Source: Kondoa subrosea (taxonomy: Eukaryota). From it: a DNA stretch of 64,000 nucleotides. Each line of letters opens with the position of its first letter. Positions within the stretch are counted from its first letter, which is position 1. The stretch is from positions 558,001 through 622,000 of the forward strand of contig BCIN01000005.1 in the NCBI GenBank assembly GCA_039545335.1, in the 5' to 3' direction. Of the stretch, positions 1 to 13,350 are shown one piece after another. The notes under the pieces were generated by a model. It did no database searches. It saw only the letters and a program-made list of their open reading frames with translations, and was not told where the DNA came from. The position numbers were made by a program, and so were the translations under genes.

Positions 1-1921
1 GTTCTTTGAACTCTAATGGTTCACTCTCTTCAGGTCGGAACAAACGATCATGAGGACCAAACCAGGATCGATCTTGCGGATCTGAGTTAGGATCATCTGG
101 ATGTCCACCTAACCTCGAGTAGGCTCGAATGATAGTAAGGTTCCTTCTGTCAGGATGGATCACATCCCAGACTTGCTGTACAGAGTGCCATACAATCAGT
201 TGATAGACATTGAAATATGTTTTATCCGCACCTTATCGTATGCCAATTTCACTCTAGGGACCATCAGAATTCGTCCATACCCAGCTTCCCAATAATCGTT
301 GCAAATCAAAGAACATTCACTAGCCGAACATTCGCCTTCTCCTAATCTAGCCATCCTGAATCTGACATGTGGATGCGCATACATCGGAGCAGGATCAAGT
401 ACGGCGATACCATTCCAGCAAGACTGAACTTGAATTGGTAGATGCCTTTGGAAACGATGACCTGATTCTGGATCGCGGAAGATAGCTTCGAAAGGTGCAT
501 TTTCGAGTGCTGTACCGTTCATGTCCCTTGATACCCAGTTATCACTAGATGACCGAATTAAATCACGTCTAACTCAAATAACAGGAAAAAAGCTTACTAG
601 AAGACAGGTTGATTGATCTCGTCGTGGTAAATATAATCGGCTCCACAGGTGATTCCAGCATTCTGACGACGACTTTGCCAGATGAGTTCCAATACATCGT
701 CCACGCAAGGCAAGACATCGTTCTGGAAAATGACTGAATCGAAGACCTGTACGAAGATGGTGTGTGAACAAGGTCTACACCTGATCAGACGCCTTCAAAC
801 GTACCTCTCCTTCTGCATCCCTCAACTCTTGCAAAGGTGCCAGAGCAGCGTTTCGGACTTCTGCCAAGTATTCAATTCGATGATGGAAAGCACCTCTTGT
901 TCTTAAACTGGTCCGAATGATGACTCTTAACCCTACACTTCTTGCCAAAGCATCAAACAATCGCAAAAGTGCCTTCGTTTGATCCGTCGAACCATTTTCA
1001 TAAACGGAGACGAATACGTTTTGGAAGCCAAGGATAGAAGAGACTTTGAACATGGTAGAGAAGAGATCAGGGATGATATCGAAAGAGTTGTAGAGGTTGA
1101 TAGCGAAGAAGTATTTATGACCATCTTGCCAATTACCCATATCGGCGCGATGTTTGCCTTTTCCTGAAGCACCACCTTTTTGCGCATTGAGAATCCCATT
1201 CTTGAGTTCATCTTTTCCTTTAGCTAACAAAGAATCCGAATCTTTCGAGAACCGACGATGATTTCGATCATGAGATTTGAAGATTCGATCCACCTCTTCA
1301 TCGGAATCTCCATGATCGAATCCACCTTTCGCCATCCAAGCTTTTGGTACTACTCTGTTGAGTAATTTGAATGCAGATCTTCTAGCATCTTTTCTCTGAT
1401 AACCGACTAGAGGTTCATATCGCTCATACACCTGCCTCTTGTACGACGTTTGAACCGTTCGAGTACATTCTTTAGTATGATAACCAGGCATAGTAGATAA
1501 GACGTTGAAAACTCGATGTCTTTGAGCTAGAGTAGGTGTATAGTAAGGATTATGCCTTGTTCCTCCGACTCGATTCGAATGAGCCCAAGTTGGCGTTTTA
1601 GCTCCTGATAGCGAGTAAGCGCCACCAGAAGCAGGTTGCAGGGATTGAGCAACCAGGAGGCCCACGACTATTCCGATCAGTAGAGAGCCGACTGCCGGTA
1701 GCTGTATCGTTTCAATGAGCTTCAATCCGCTCCGTACTGCTGAGGACGCATACCTTGCGCTTGAGATAAGCGTAAATCAAGCCAATAGAAAGAGGTTGTG
1801 AAGGGTTCGGTCCATCGTCTGCTGTTGGAACACCCTTTTCGTTATTCGATAAAGAAATAGAGTCGTTAACTTTCCGTCTTCGAGGTGTTGTAGACATCGA
1901 AAGAGCGCTTGCTGAAGACAT
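1..1921 (-). CDS. CAP59: CAP59-like / cryptococcal mannosyltransferase (GT69 family), multi-exon; 3' end runs off the window
   Basis: Motifs YFFAINLYNS, VFVSVYENGSTDQT, HRIEYLAEVRNAALAPL, QVQSCWNGIAVLD and GECSASECSLICNDYW; N-terminal TM anchor; ATG at 1921; GT-AG introns join the ORFs. Confidence 0.85.
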
Positions 1922-3146
1922 GTTGGCGAGAAGCAGGCTCTCAGAGCTTAGGCGATCACGCAAGGGAAAAGAAGGTTGGAATTTCAAGCGGTCTTGGCCT
2001 GCTGAAGATCTGGCGCGTATAAGGGTGCAAACAGCCTGCTGTAGAGGAATGTGCCGGGCTGGCTTGCGTCTGAAAGGATTTGCCAGATGATGGAGGATTG
2101 TAGACAAGATGCGATTTATCAGACTACTGTCTGTACACATTTGGATCCTCGCGTACTCAATTTGTTTCCACACAGTACAGACATTGCGGCGACGATTGAA
2201 CAATGAAAGGAGTCTTTATGCACGAATCCGCCTGTACATAATGTAATCGCTACCATGTCCCAGTCTCATTCCGTTGACATGTATTTTGTTCCTGAGCATC
2301 AAGCAAGACGCTCGTGTGGTTGTGCAGCATGTACCTCTGATTCAGAGGTGCTCTCGCAGCCAGATCAGTGACAGCGTGTTCTGCGGACCTGTTTGTATTG
2401 AACCTTCTTTGGATTAATTCATCGAATCGCTATCTGCGCAGCGAGAGAAAGCTCACCAGCTTGGGCTTTCAGTGTACCATGCTATATGGAAACACAGCCA
2501 ATAGGGAGAAATAGGTCCAAAGGCTAACAACGCCAAATGAACGGCCGCGTTTCGATCGCAATCACCGACCAAGGCCCCCTTCGGCTAATAGTAGCGCTGA
2601 ATTTCGCATGAAGCGTCATTTAAACACAGGACTGATGGCTATAGCGATGTTTTGGGCTTCCGCCAGCGTGTAAAATTACGCTCAAAAGCTCTCAAGCACA
2701 GCAACGGAAGGGGAAAGAATAGACGTGTACATTCATGACGAGATTGAGAAGGCAAACAAGGCAGAATGAAAGCAAACATCGAGAAAAGCAGGAACAAAGA
2801 ATTGAAATGGAATGGCAGAAACTTTAAAAGACAATTGTGGAATTCACGAGCAAATATGTACCACACCAAGAGTACGTAAGCACAGCATGAGAGTAAGAGC
2901 TGACAAAGCATGACAAAGCAGGTCGCTGCATTGGGAGAAAGAGGCAAAAGCCAAAATTGCGTCAAGGTTGTCCAGACCCATCCAACCGCTTTAAGACTTT
3001 CGTAGCCACTACTAGCTACTAGCACCCATCTCAAGCCCAATATTCTTTCTCGAGTCTTTATCAGGAAATTCTCTCAAACAAGTCGGTAAGAGCTGTCCCT
3101 TTTCGAATTATCGCAAGCCCTGGAACTCCGACGTGGTTGCAGCACA

Positions 3147-3872
3147 ATGGGAGTCAAAGTCATCACATCTATGCAAGAGTTCAAGGACGCTATTGCTTCA
3201 CCTCAAGGCGCTGTACTTGATTTCCGTAAGTCAGGCTAAAAAAGAGGCAATCGCGTGTGACTGACTAGGTCGACGCTGTGCAGACGCTGAATGGTGAGCT
3301 TCTCGTCTCCGATGTAGCGTCGCGCGCTTTAGCTTAACGCACTGCTACTCAGGTGTGGACCGTGAGTTCAGCCGCGATAAGATCAGTCAGCCAAAACTCA
3401 TTCAGACTCTAGATGCAAGATGATCAGCCGTACGTCATGTGATCATAATGCTGTATCTAGCTCATGTGTTTGTACGGCGTACAGCCAAGTTCGAACAGGT
3501 GAATCAGGCCAACTCCACCTTGAACTGCACTCAAACTCGTTTATACAGTTCTCTGACGAGCTCTCCGCCCTCAACTTCTACTCCGTCGATGTCGACGCTG
3601 TACCAGATGTAGCTGAAGAATGCGGTATCCAGGTTCGTTTCGGGTCCTTTGGCCTTAGTCGCAAGGTTGAGATATTCCGTAACGAACAGGCTATGCCGAC
3701 TTTCATGGCTTTCCGTGATGGAACAAAGGTTTCGGAAATGAAGGGTGCTATCCCAAAGGCATTAGAGGTGAGTCTATTGTCATCAAGCAGCCAAGCGTTG
3801 CTGACCTCGATGACGGCTGCACAGACTATGCTCCGCTCTGAAGCTGAAAAGGCTTCATCTGTGTCTGCATGA
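3147..3872 (+). CDS. Thioredoxin (112 aa, 8 exons)
   Basis: Exons 3147-3225, 3284-3293, 3353-3361, 3413-3429, 3485-3498, 3549-3632, 3690-3767 and 3825-3872 splice to ...[21 protein letters not shown]...VDVD...AMPTF. Confidence 0.93.
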
Positions 3873-4211
3873 ATACGCTCGGGGGCAAAACTGTAGCTTT
3901 CAGCAATATGAAGTAGAAATTCAATATACATGCGTCAAATGTGTATGCCCAGATTTGCTGAACATGAACGTGCTTGCGAGGATAACGGCAAGATACTGGA
4001 CGTGAGTCTGACTTTAGACATCTGATGCTTCTACTTCTATTGTTGCTCAACAATATGGTCATATGAAACTTGGCTGAATGACCCTTTGTCCTCCTCAAGA
4101 AGATTCGCAGTATTTGCTACTGTCTCTCTTCTGCCTCTTCTCCCAGATCTTTTATAAAGTCTTCTGACGTAGTCGATCTTCTCTTGTATCGCGTAAACTC
4201 GTCTAAACGTG

Positions 4212-5634
4212 ATGGCTACCACTCATCCTCTTCCCCATTCTATTCCAAAGTATTATGGCCGTGTTCCTGGTATCATAGTACAACCTGGACTCGATGCTTC
4301 AGACAACGTCAAGAGATCCTATATTGAGAAGATGGTTACATCTTTTGAAGAGCAGATCAAGGCGAAGAGGGATGGCAAGTCCGACATTTCAGAAGATCAG
4401 TTCAATGCATATCAAATCATGTTGTTTCATTATTACGAAGAATCTCAATCGTCTATCAGTTGGTCACAGGCAACCGCGGCTCTGAAGAGTGATGCCAAAT
4501 TCCAGCAGCGGATCGTACGTTCATTCGGAAGCCGTCTTCTGATATACCTTTGTTGATTACAGTCTACTAGCGCAAGATGGTACAGCAAATCCAAGAGCAT
4601 CACCCCGGTGGATCGCATCCGTCTCTGATTGAACAAGCGAAAGAAGTGTTGAAAGTTGTTGACAAATTATATGAAGTTCGCGCCCGTCAAGGTCCTCTCA
4701 TCCCGTTATCCGATTTGCAGAGGAAGTGCAATTACATGTATCTGCGTTTCAAGATCGATCGACCCGTCGCAATCAAGTACTTGGAAATGAAGTCGCCCGG
4801 CTTCTCCCAGCGCGTTGCCAAAATCGAACATTGGCTTCATTCTGGACCTGCTGCTCCTGCTGGCCCCCCAGATAGTGCACAGCCTGGGGTCTGGGAAGAC
4901 TTCATTTGGCGAATGATGGCCTGGTTCTGTTCTGCTGAACACTATGGACGGCTTTTTACGCCAGAACAGATCAAGAAGGCTGTTATCGCCATAGAAATGT
5001 ACGAGAAAGGATCTTCCGGCTCTTCCGGCTCTATTCGACGGCACCTATACAAGAGCGAGCACTTTCTGCCCATGATCGCGAGTGACCATTGTCTTCTTCT
5101 GGCTTCGGGCTAATCACAGAATTTAGCATAGCGTTGCACGGAGCCTTCAGATCGGCTCGGAATTCACGGGTCAACCAGATGAGGACTTCCGTGCATATGT
5201 CGTTCACCTCGACAGCAATATCAAGCACAGAAATGAAACTCGGACAGCGGCAGAAAATCTTGAGCAGTACATATTTTTGATGCACAACAGACCCCGGAGC
5301 TTTGCTATGTTGAGAGACAACGACCAAATAAAGGTGATGATGGACTTGATAGACGAGAAACGTAAACACCACAGCTCAACACAATGTGTTAGCTAATCGT
5401 ATTATGCTTCTCACAGTCTTTGATCATCAGGGAGCAGCTGACAAGCACCGTCTCCGAGGTACGATGCATGACTGCCATGACAGAATAATTCTCGTACTTG
5501 ATTCAACTGTGGCAGAAACTCAACATACTAGCGAGACGGGCTATCCAGCAAAGCCAACACCAGAAGACTGGGAATTTGATTGGACCGAGTATCGCCAGAC
5601 CATACGCCCACATTATCAGAATCGCTCTGAATGA
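4212..5634 (+). CDS. Hypothetical protein (4 exons, no recognised domain)
   Basis: Consecutive ORFs join in frame through short introns, one of them probably GC-AG (5078-5126). Confidence 0.65.
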
Positions 5635-5684
5635 AGTGAGCTGATGGGGAAATATATGCTTGTATATCAACATTTCAATTCACA

Positions 5685-7665
5685 TTACACTAGAGAATCT
5701 GTCTCTTGACCGCCCGACACAGGTCTTCTTCTAGGCGGGGGAACTGGCGGGGGACCAGTAGGCAGATCCAAAGGTCGTTGAGCTTCTTCTACAACTGAAG
5801 GAGTGAAGATCGCCTCATTCTTTTCCTCTTGATTCTCCATAGTCAATCGCTGAATGAGATTCGAATCATATTCTTGCTGTTCCCTCTCTTCTGTGCTCAA
5901 TTCTGTTGCATTCTCTTTGAGATACTCTTCATGAGCTGTATCGGCTGAGTAGACAGAAGAAGCGTCTGTTCCGCTTGCGATCGATTGAATTGAAGTATTA
6001 GAATCATGTGTTTCTGCTTCAGGACGTTGGGTTTCGATGACAGCAGCAACAGGCGGAACATCATAAGCTGGAGGAGACAAGTCTTCCCTTGCACTAGTAG
6101 ATTGGCGAGGAGGTAAAGGTGGACCTGATTCCGTAACTTCTGAGGGACGAGGCGGTAGGCTGGGAGCGGGTGGTAAAGGAGAGGAAGAACGAGCAGGAGA
6201 GTCTGTGCCGTTTACCTTTCTTATCGGAGGTGGTCTTGGAACAAATAGCTTCTCCTCTTCTGCTTCGGGATCCAGTTCTGACTCTGTGTTCTTCTCTAAT
6301 TGCTCTTGTAGCGTCCAAGCTTCTTGGAACCCGATGCCTTCTTCTGCTTGAAGCTGTTCTGGCGTCGGCGGAAGTCTAAGCGTTTCGCCGTCTTCTAAGT
6401 CTAGATCTTCCGGTATTTCCACGCCGTCGCTAAAGGAGAATTAGCGCACTGATGCGGAAGCAAGGCTAATACCACTTACATCTCGTCAGCATCTATAGCA
6501 TAAGTGTCAGATCTGTTCTCAGCTTCTTCCAGCGCATTATGTAGAGGTTTCGCTTCGTAAGGCATATGAACGCCTCCTGATAAAATTTGTTCGACTTTGA
6601 TTTCGCGCTTGTAGTAGAACCTGTTGAGACATTCAGCCAAATGCGAGTACACAATACTAGCGACTCGCCTAGCAGCTTCATCTGTGCGCATCACGATGAT
6701 AGTACCATTGACTTCAACTCCTGCATAGAAACCGCGACTTTTGACATAAGACCTGGTGACAAATCTGAACATAACAAAATTTCGAGAGTACTTGTGTACC
6801 TCACCAACACGGTACTGCTTCTTTGCCAGATTCAAGCATAACTCCAGCACCTACGGGTCCAGCAGCAACCGTCACTTCTCCTCCCAAAGTAAATTTATGA
6901 TTGTAGAATGATTGAACAGCCTTCTCGGTTCGAAGTATGAGGACAACATCGTATATGTCGACACCCCACATTGCCTGTAGCAACGTCCATGAGCGCTAAG
7001 GATAAAAAGAAAGCTGAGACAGCTCACGCCAGTACTGAGATTGTTTGGCATGATGCGTGCTGGGACGTCAGCGCTTATCGCTTCATTATCGATTGAAGAC
7101 TTATCTACAGGAGCACTCCAGCTGCCATCCGCTACGCAGAGACATGAGCGAGAAGACCAATCTGGGAGAGCTACAGACGTACGTAATCGAGCCATGAGGA
7201 TCCCGCTACCTCCTGCTCCTCCAAAAGGAGCAATCGCAGTCCTGAAAGCTGTATATATCGCTATTCCTTTCGCTTGCCTAATCGCGGAAGCGGGAATCTT
7301 CTTCAGTACTCTTTGCTGTTTTTTGACTTTCTGACCAGTTTTTGGATCTACTTTCTCTTTCGTAATCGTTTCCGGTACTCCCTTCTGAGTGAAAGTTTGT
7401 AAAATCCTAGCACACTTCTCTATTTCATTCTTGGTGTCACCCGCAGCGGGCCAGAAAGCTTCTCCTCCAACTCGTTTAGAAGCATTGTTGGCGTATACGC
7501 TGATCTTGTCAGATACTATCGAGAAATGGAACAGGTAAAGATAAGTGGTCGAAGAATCAAGTTTCGAACAAGTGTGTAAAGCTCACTCTTGTAGGAGGCA
7601 TCCCATACTCGTTTACCCAGAGCAGCAGCTCCTCCACTACTCTTCTTCTCCGCTGGCTTAGACAT
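5685..7665 (-). CDS. SYLF/Ysc84 (DUF500) actin/lipid-binding domain protein with a Pro-rich C-terminus
   Basis: GGAGGSGILMARL, GSWSAP, FTLGGEVTVAAGPVG and SYVKSRGFYAGVEVNGTII are SYLF motifs; PPPVPPPRRRP tail. Confidence 0.85.
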
Positions 7666-7990
7666 CTAGTCTATCTGGACCAAAAGGCAGTGAAGTAGTC
7701 CAACTTTCGGTTTTGCGCGGAGTGATCGAGACTAGATGCAGCGACTCCTGACAGAGCGTTGATCAAAGAGAGTAAAGCGCACTTGCAAGTGAGTCGTAGC
7801 TCGTGAGAAGAAGATATGGCGACCATTAGTCATGCGCATGTTTTCGAAATTCGGCCGCTAGTCTTGGCGCGTCAAACGAGGCAAGGCAAGAGAATAGTAG
7901 AATGTAATGATGAATGATAGATGCATAGGGAATACCATGTAGGTTATAGACAATTACTGATGACCATCTCTTCCTCCCAATCAACGTTGG

Positions 7991-9864
7991 TCAACGCCTG
8001 CTCCTCTTGGAAGATCTAGAGTAGCGACTGCCTCGATCATCTTCATCATCAGAATAAGAAGTAGCTCGTCGACTTCTTTCTCTTGCACCGCTTCTCGATG
8101 ACGACGAGACGATTTCACCTTCCTCGATTTTAGCAACTCTTGATCGACTGCGACCAAATTCTGAAGGTTCGCCTTTCGCTCTTCTAGCTTTTTCTTCAGC
8201 TGCTACAGCTCTGCGGACCACAAGTGAATCAGGGTAATAACGGCGCATGTTGTTTTCGAAAACAGCCGCTTCCCTCTTTCGTGCGTTTTCAAAATCGTTC
8301 AAGAATTCGTCCGCCAGACTGGAATGTTGAGCTATCAGCATACATTATATGCGGAGGTTTGGTCGATATAGACTGACTGTTCATAATGAATTACGTCCTT
8401 CTGTAAAGTTACAGCCTTATTCAGAAATCGCTCGCACCCAGTTCGCTGAATCTTACAGAGCGCTCGTGATTACTTCCAATTGACTTGTGGATCTCCTTGA
8501 TGAAGAGACTTGACCCAAAATCTACAGTCAAAGTATCGTTATGCTGCCTTGAATATAGAACAGGCAAATAGCATACCTGGATCTTTGTGGCCGACAATAC
8601 GATGACTGACGAATGACGTATGGAGTTAGTACTGGATCACTCTTCTGCGAAGGCATCACATACTTCATGGCAGCCACCCGAGTCAGCAACGCATGATAAC
8701 GAGTCAGCACCTTGGAACAATCGTGGTGTTTAAATGTCGCTAGATCACTCTTGGTCAAAGCATTGTCGTTGTAAAGGAATTGGAGAGCCAAAAGCCCGGG
8801 TTCCCAGCTTCGGTTGACTGTTATCAACAGCGTTCAAAAGAATCGTAGGATAGCACTCACTTCATGTCATGATTTCCTCGATTGATTGGAATTTGATTCG
8901 GCATGTCATCGATGATAGGCAGACTGTCGCCCAGTACCCGTCTCGGTTCAAAGCACAACCAGTTGAAATCATCAACAGTGAAATCTCGTGTCTCTTTAGC
9001 AAAGTTGTCTTGAATCTTGTAGTCACCGCTGTGCACCAGAACATTAATTATACTAACGCCAAATGGAGAAAACTATACGCACTTGACTTCGATAGCCCAT
9101 TTCCAAAGTACTTTGAAGAATCGCCAATCAAAATCGGGAGCACGAATAGGTTGATGAGAGATTAAGTCATCCACAGTTAATTCCGTTCCTTCCTTTTTAC
9201 CGCCAATACGCCATTTGCTTTCAGGCCAAGGCGTTTGACGCTTCGGTATCGATTTAACATGATGTAGATCTGAGGAGGTTCTAAGCACTTCACTATGATT
9301 ATAGCAAGAACTAGCTAGTGACTCACTCGGACGTTTCTCGCCTGTGTTTGTAGGGTATATCGATTTGCCCGGATTAGAAGGATAAGGAGCAGAATGATAG
9401 GCCCACTCGAGAGTCTGGTTTTCCTCCTGTTCGGTAGCAGGAATGGAAGAGTCCTCTCGAGCTTCATCAGCAGCGGTAGCAGCAATAGCCTTGTTGTGCT
9501 CTATCGCAGCCATGATCCTTTCGGTTTGCACCAGATAGAAGTCCACCTCTTTGTTAAATTCACGTAAGGTTTCTGCATCCATTGGTAGAGGTTCGATGCA
9601 CAGGTCAGGCCTGTATTGCCCATCATCACAGACTCTGTTCCAATACTTGAGGTTCTCGTCTTCTGGTTCAGGTGTAGCTTCTCCCTCCAAACGCTTGATG
9701 TAGAAAGTACGAGCTTCATTCTCAGCTGTGAGATCGTTCTTGGCCTTTGCGGCATCACTAGGATGGTATTTGAGATTTGTAATGTTATGCGATATCTTCG
9801 AAAGTGCTCACATCAGAGCCTTGAGATTAGCCCTACTCATACTAGCAAGATCAGGAGTCGCCAT
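7991..9864 (-). CDS. Hypothetical protein with an Arg/Ser-rich C-terminus
   Basis: ATG at 9864 (MATPDLASMSRANLKALI...) splices into ORFs 9073-9690, 8862-9044, 8528-8827 and 7991-8341. Confidence 0.6.
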
Positions 9865-10047
9865 TGACCTGGGTTCTGGCTGCTTTCAAGCAGCAATGTA
9901 ACGCGATTCAGAACAAGAGACATCAAAATGCGGAGAGGGTGCGAGTAAATCTCGTTCATCGAAGCTTCGAAGACAGTTTACAATCAGATACAATGCATTT
10001 CAACGCTCTGCGATGAAGTACTAGTAGAATTGGTAGCGACCCTTCCC

Positions 10048-12769
10048 TCAAACGACATCCTCGCGTTTGTCCACCACTGCTGCGGTTGTCATGTCCAAAG
10101 GTTTCTCCACATGCTGTAGCAGACGAGGGGGGTCAGAGGAAGAAAGAGCACGGAAAGAAGGCTCGACGTACCCAATTCATTTGAGATGCAACAGATTTCA
10201 ACAAGAAGACGAACACCATTGCTACAACGGTGAAAGGTATAACAGCGGCCCATCCAATACGGTATGCTTCGGCATATACATTCTGTGATTGTAGATATCA
10301 GCAGATTAAAGCTACTTAAGACGATAGGACATACATGAGACGCCGAAGTTGCAGCTGCAATTACAGCATCTGTTGCGCCTTGCACGCTTGACAGAGGGAG
10401 ACCTTCTGCAAAAGCAGCAAGAAGGCTAGCAACAGAAGATTCCGGTAATCCTGCTTGCACTGCTGCACTTCCCACTCTCTCTGGCAGATTTTGAAGTTTG
10501 GTATTGATGACCGTGGTCAGGATTGCTGATCCGAAAGCTCCTCCGATAGCTCGAGCACTGAAGGCGAGACCTGTTGCTGTTCCGAGCAATATCGGCGGAG
10601 CACAGAATTGGATGAGAGCAGGAATGAGGGTTAGAGGTCCAGCCTGAGAGCACAAGCGGCATCAGCACCAAATCATGAGTGAGGGGCGATGAGCCTTACT
10701 TGGCCGAATCCAGCCAGTATATTGAATAGCCACAATTGCAAGTGCTTGTACGTGGTGGTGTCTTGCAACGTGGCATAAGCGATACATGCAGCCAAGAATG
10801 ATGCGAAGGAGACTTGAAGAGGTGTGATAAGATCTTTACGTCTTGTCGCCCCTGGAGACGCCATGTCAGCTTCTTCAGGTGCACCAGTTGTGCTTGTAGA
10901 CTTACAGATCGTTAGGAACGCAGATCCAAGCTATCATTTTGATAAGAGGATTTCTCGATTGAAGGATGCAAACGACTCACAAGACCAGTTACAGAGAAGA
11001 CAAGCTGGCGAAGCGTGATCTTGAAAGCATCCGTCTCGAAGCCAAGATTCAACACGACCTGATTGGTGAACTGTACAGAACTCCCTTGAGCTTTCGAAAT
11101 GACAACTTGAAGGAATTGTACTCACCTGATTGACGGCGCCGAAGAAGAGGAATCTGTTCACATTCGGTCAGTATACGTTTGACTATACGAGAAATGACAC
11201 GTACCCTTCAACAGCGAAACAGAAAGCAGCATAGCCGAAGTTCTTGTTCCGCTTGAATAGAATATGGTTGATCATTCCGCTACAAAACCCTGAGCAATAT
11301 TCCCAGATCGTGCAGTGTTAGCTTACTCTGATCTTCCCTTCCATTCATACAATCCGAAGACAATGAATAGGACGATACCGACGCATAGCAGACCCAAAAC
11401 ATGGGCCGATTTCCACTGGGCAACCAGTCAGCGGATCAAATCAGCCTAGAAGTCTGTACGTACAGGATATACAGCAGGTGCCCAGTTCAACGGAATCAAA
11501 GTCATAGTAGCCGCAGCAGTGAGCAGTACTGTCTCAACTCAGCAATACTCGTCTTTTTTGATTATTCCGCTTACAAACACCGATGGGATCGCAAGCCCAA
11601 ATAAGCTCTTTGAACGGCATACGGGTCTTATTGCTCTTTGGCGGATGGTACGTGGCCAATAGAGCGATGACAGTAAGAACGTGAAGCCCAACCTGACATA
11701 ATGTTTGATGTAAGTTAATTAGAAGGGAACAAAGTCATGCAAGAGCACCTGAATCCAGTAAATGTTCCTCCATGATGTAGTTTTCACAAGTCCGCCGGCC
11801 ATTGGTCCACCAGTAAGAGATGCAAAGCCTCCGGCGAAGTAACATATCCCGTTTGCGAGGCCTCTATATCTTAAGGGTAAAATTTCCGAAGGAATAGCTT
11901 GAACGATAGCAATTGTTGGTAATGCGAATCCAATAAGGATTGAGCCGCCGATCAGCATGTTTATCGATGTAGCTTTTGCGGCCTATGCAATCAATAAGCA
12001 TCGACATCAGCTCACAAAAGCCTGAAGAGAAGCTTACGATGACAGCACCGACAGCGGCAAGGATTGGAGGAAGTGCGGCGAGATAGCGACGGTTCAAGAC
12101 ATCTGAGACTCGACCATATACCTTTGCGAAAGAAATTAAATGAGCCTTAGATGAGCATTGTCAGAACCGTAGGACTCACCGGCGACAGTACTGATTGAAC
12201 AAGAACAGGACCTTGTATGATCCAACCAATATTGCCTACATTGCCGTATTGTGCTAAATCGCGCGCGATGAAGCTGTAATTATCCAGTCAGCTGACACCT
12301 GAATATAATAGAGACCGCGAGCATACGCAATAACCTGTGCACATGCGACCACTGATATCACTGGATTAGCAGGGGAGCACACCAGCGAACGACATGTATT
12401 CACCGACGAAGACCTGATTGACGTTCCAGTCAGCAACGAGAGAAAAGATTGCTTAGTAAGCCTCACCTGCGTATAGATTGCAATACAGCAAGCAACAACT
12501 ACAGCCCAAGCTTTCCATACAGTCTTTCGATGCACGTCGTCGTCCGCAAAATGACTGTACATTCACGTGAGCATCGAGCATAGCATATCGATATATCGTC
12601 TTACACTTCACCAGGTAGGTATTGGTCTGCTTCTTTTGTTGAAGCTTGTAATGTTGGCAAAGGGTTGCTGTCTCCAAGTGGTTAGCTAGATTCAAGGCTT
12701 TTGCAGACAGCTCCCTCACGATACATGTTCCATTTCTCCCTTGTCCGCATAGCTGTCTTCTGTAGGCAT
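10048..12769 (-). CDS. MFS transporter, fungal TRI12/ARN-like 14-TM efflux type
   Basis: AIPSEILPLRYRGLANG, WRNIYWIQ and GTATGLAFSARAIGGAFGSAI motifs; many hydrophobic exons. Confidence 0.85.
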
Positions 12770-13350
12770 ACTAGGCTTTTGCAGCGAGGTCATGGTGAGC
12801 TGATGTAAGGATTGGCTAGTCGTTCGATAGCAAGAGGTGCAGGATGAATTCCGTAAAGGTCAAATATAGAATAATGGTAAAGCTTTAGAACTGATGTTGC
12901 AAAACGATTCAAGCGGAATTTGAGAGCAGACGGAGCTAGAAGAAGCGGAGCCCAACCGGGGATTCTATGCAAGACCTGAGAGCTCGTGGTGCTACGAGGC
13001 TCACTGTCAGGGACAAAGGGAAGAGAGGAGAGGACGCATGAGCTCGGACAAGTCCGAAAAGACTGCGAAGGGCTCTCTGCATGCCTGAAAACGTCCACAG
13101 GCAAGACAGCATCCTACAGATACAGCGAACTTGCAGCGAGAGGCATCGAGAGCGACAGACGATTCGGAAGGAATTCTAGCGCAGTAGCTGTCAAGCGTGG
13201 CTATCTTCGAGCTCGCTTCGGCGTAAAGTGCAATCTACAGTCTTAATGCTGCCGGATAGATCGTTTCTGGACAGTGCTTGCAAGGGAATAACCTCTTTCT
13301 GCACTGCAACCAATCGCAACGAGCTCAAGGCTATCTGTTTGGCTAATACC

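Noticed and set aside
2200..3100. ORF 2639-3040 (-) or an ncRNA between CAP59 and thioredoxin
   Set aside because: The hydrophobic translation reflects low-complexity composition; no snRNA, snoRNA or tRNA signature recognised
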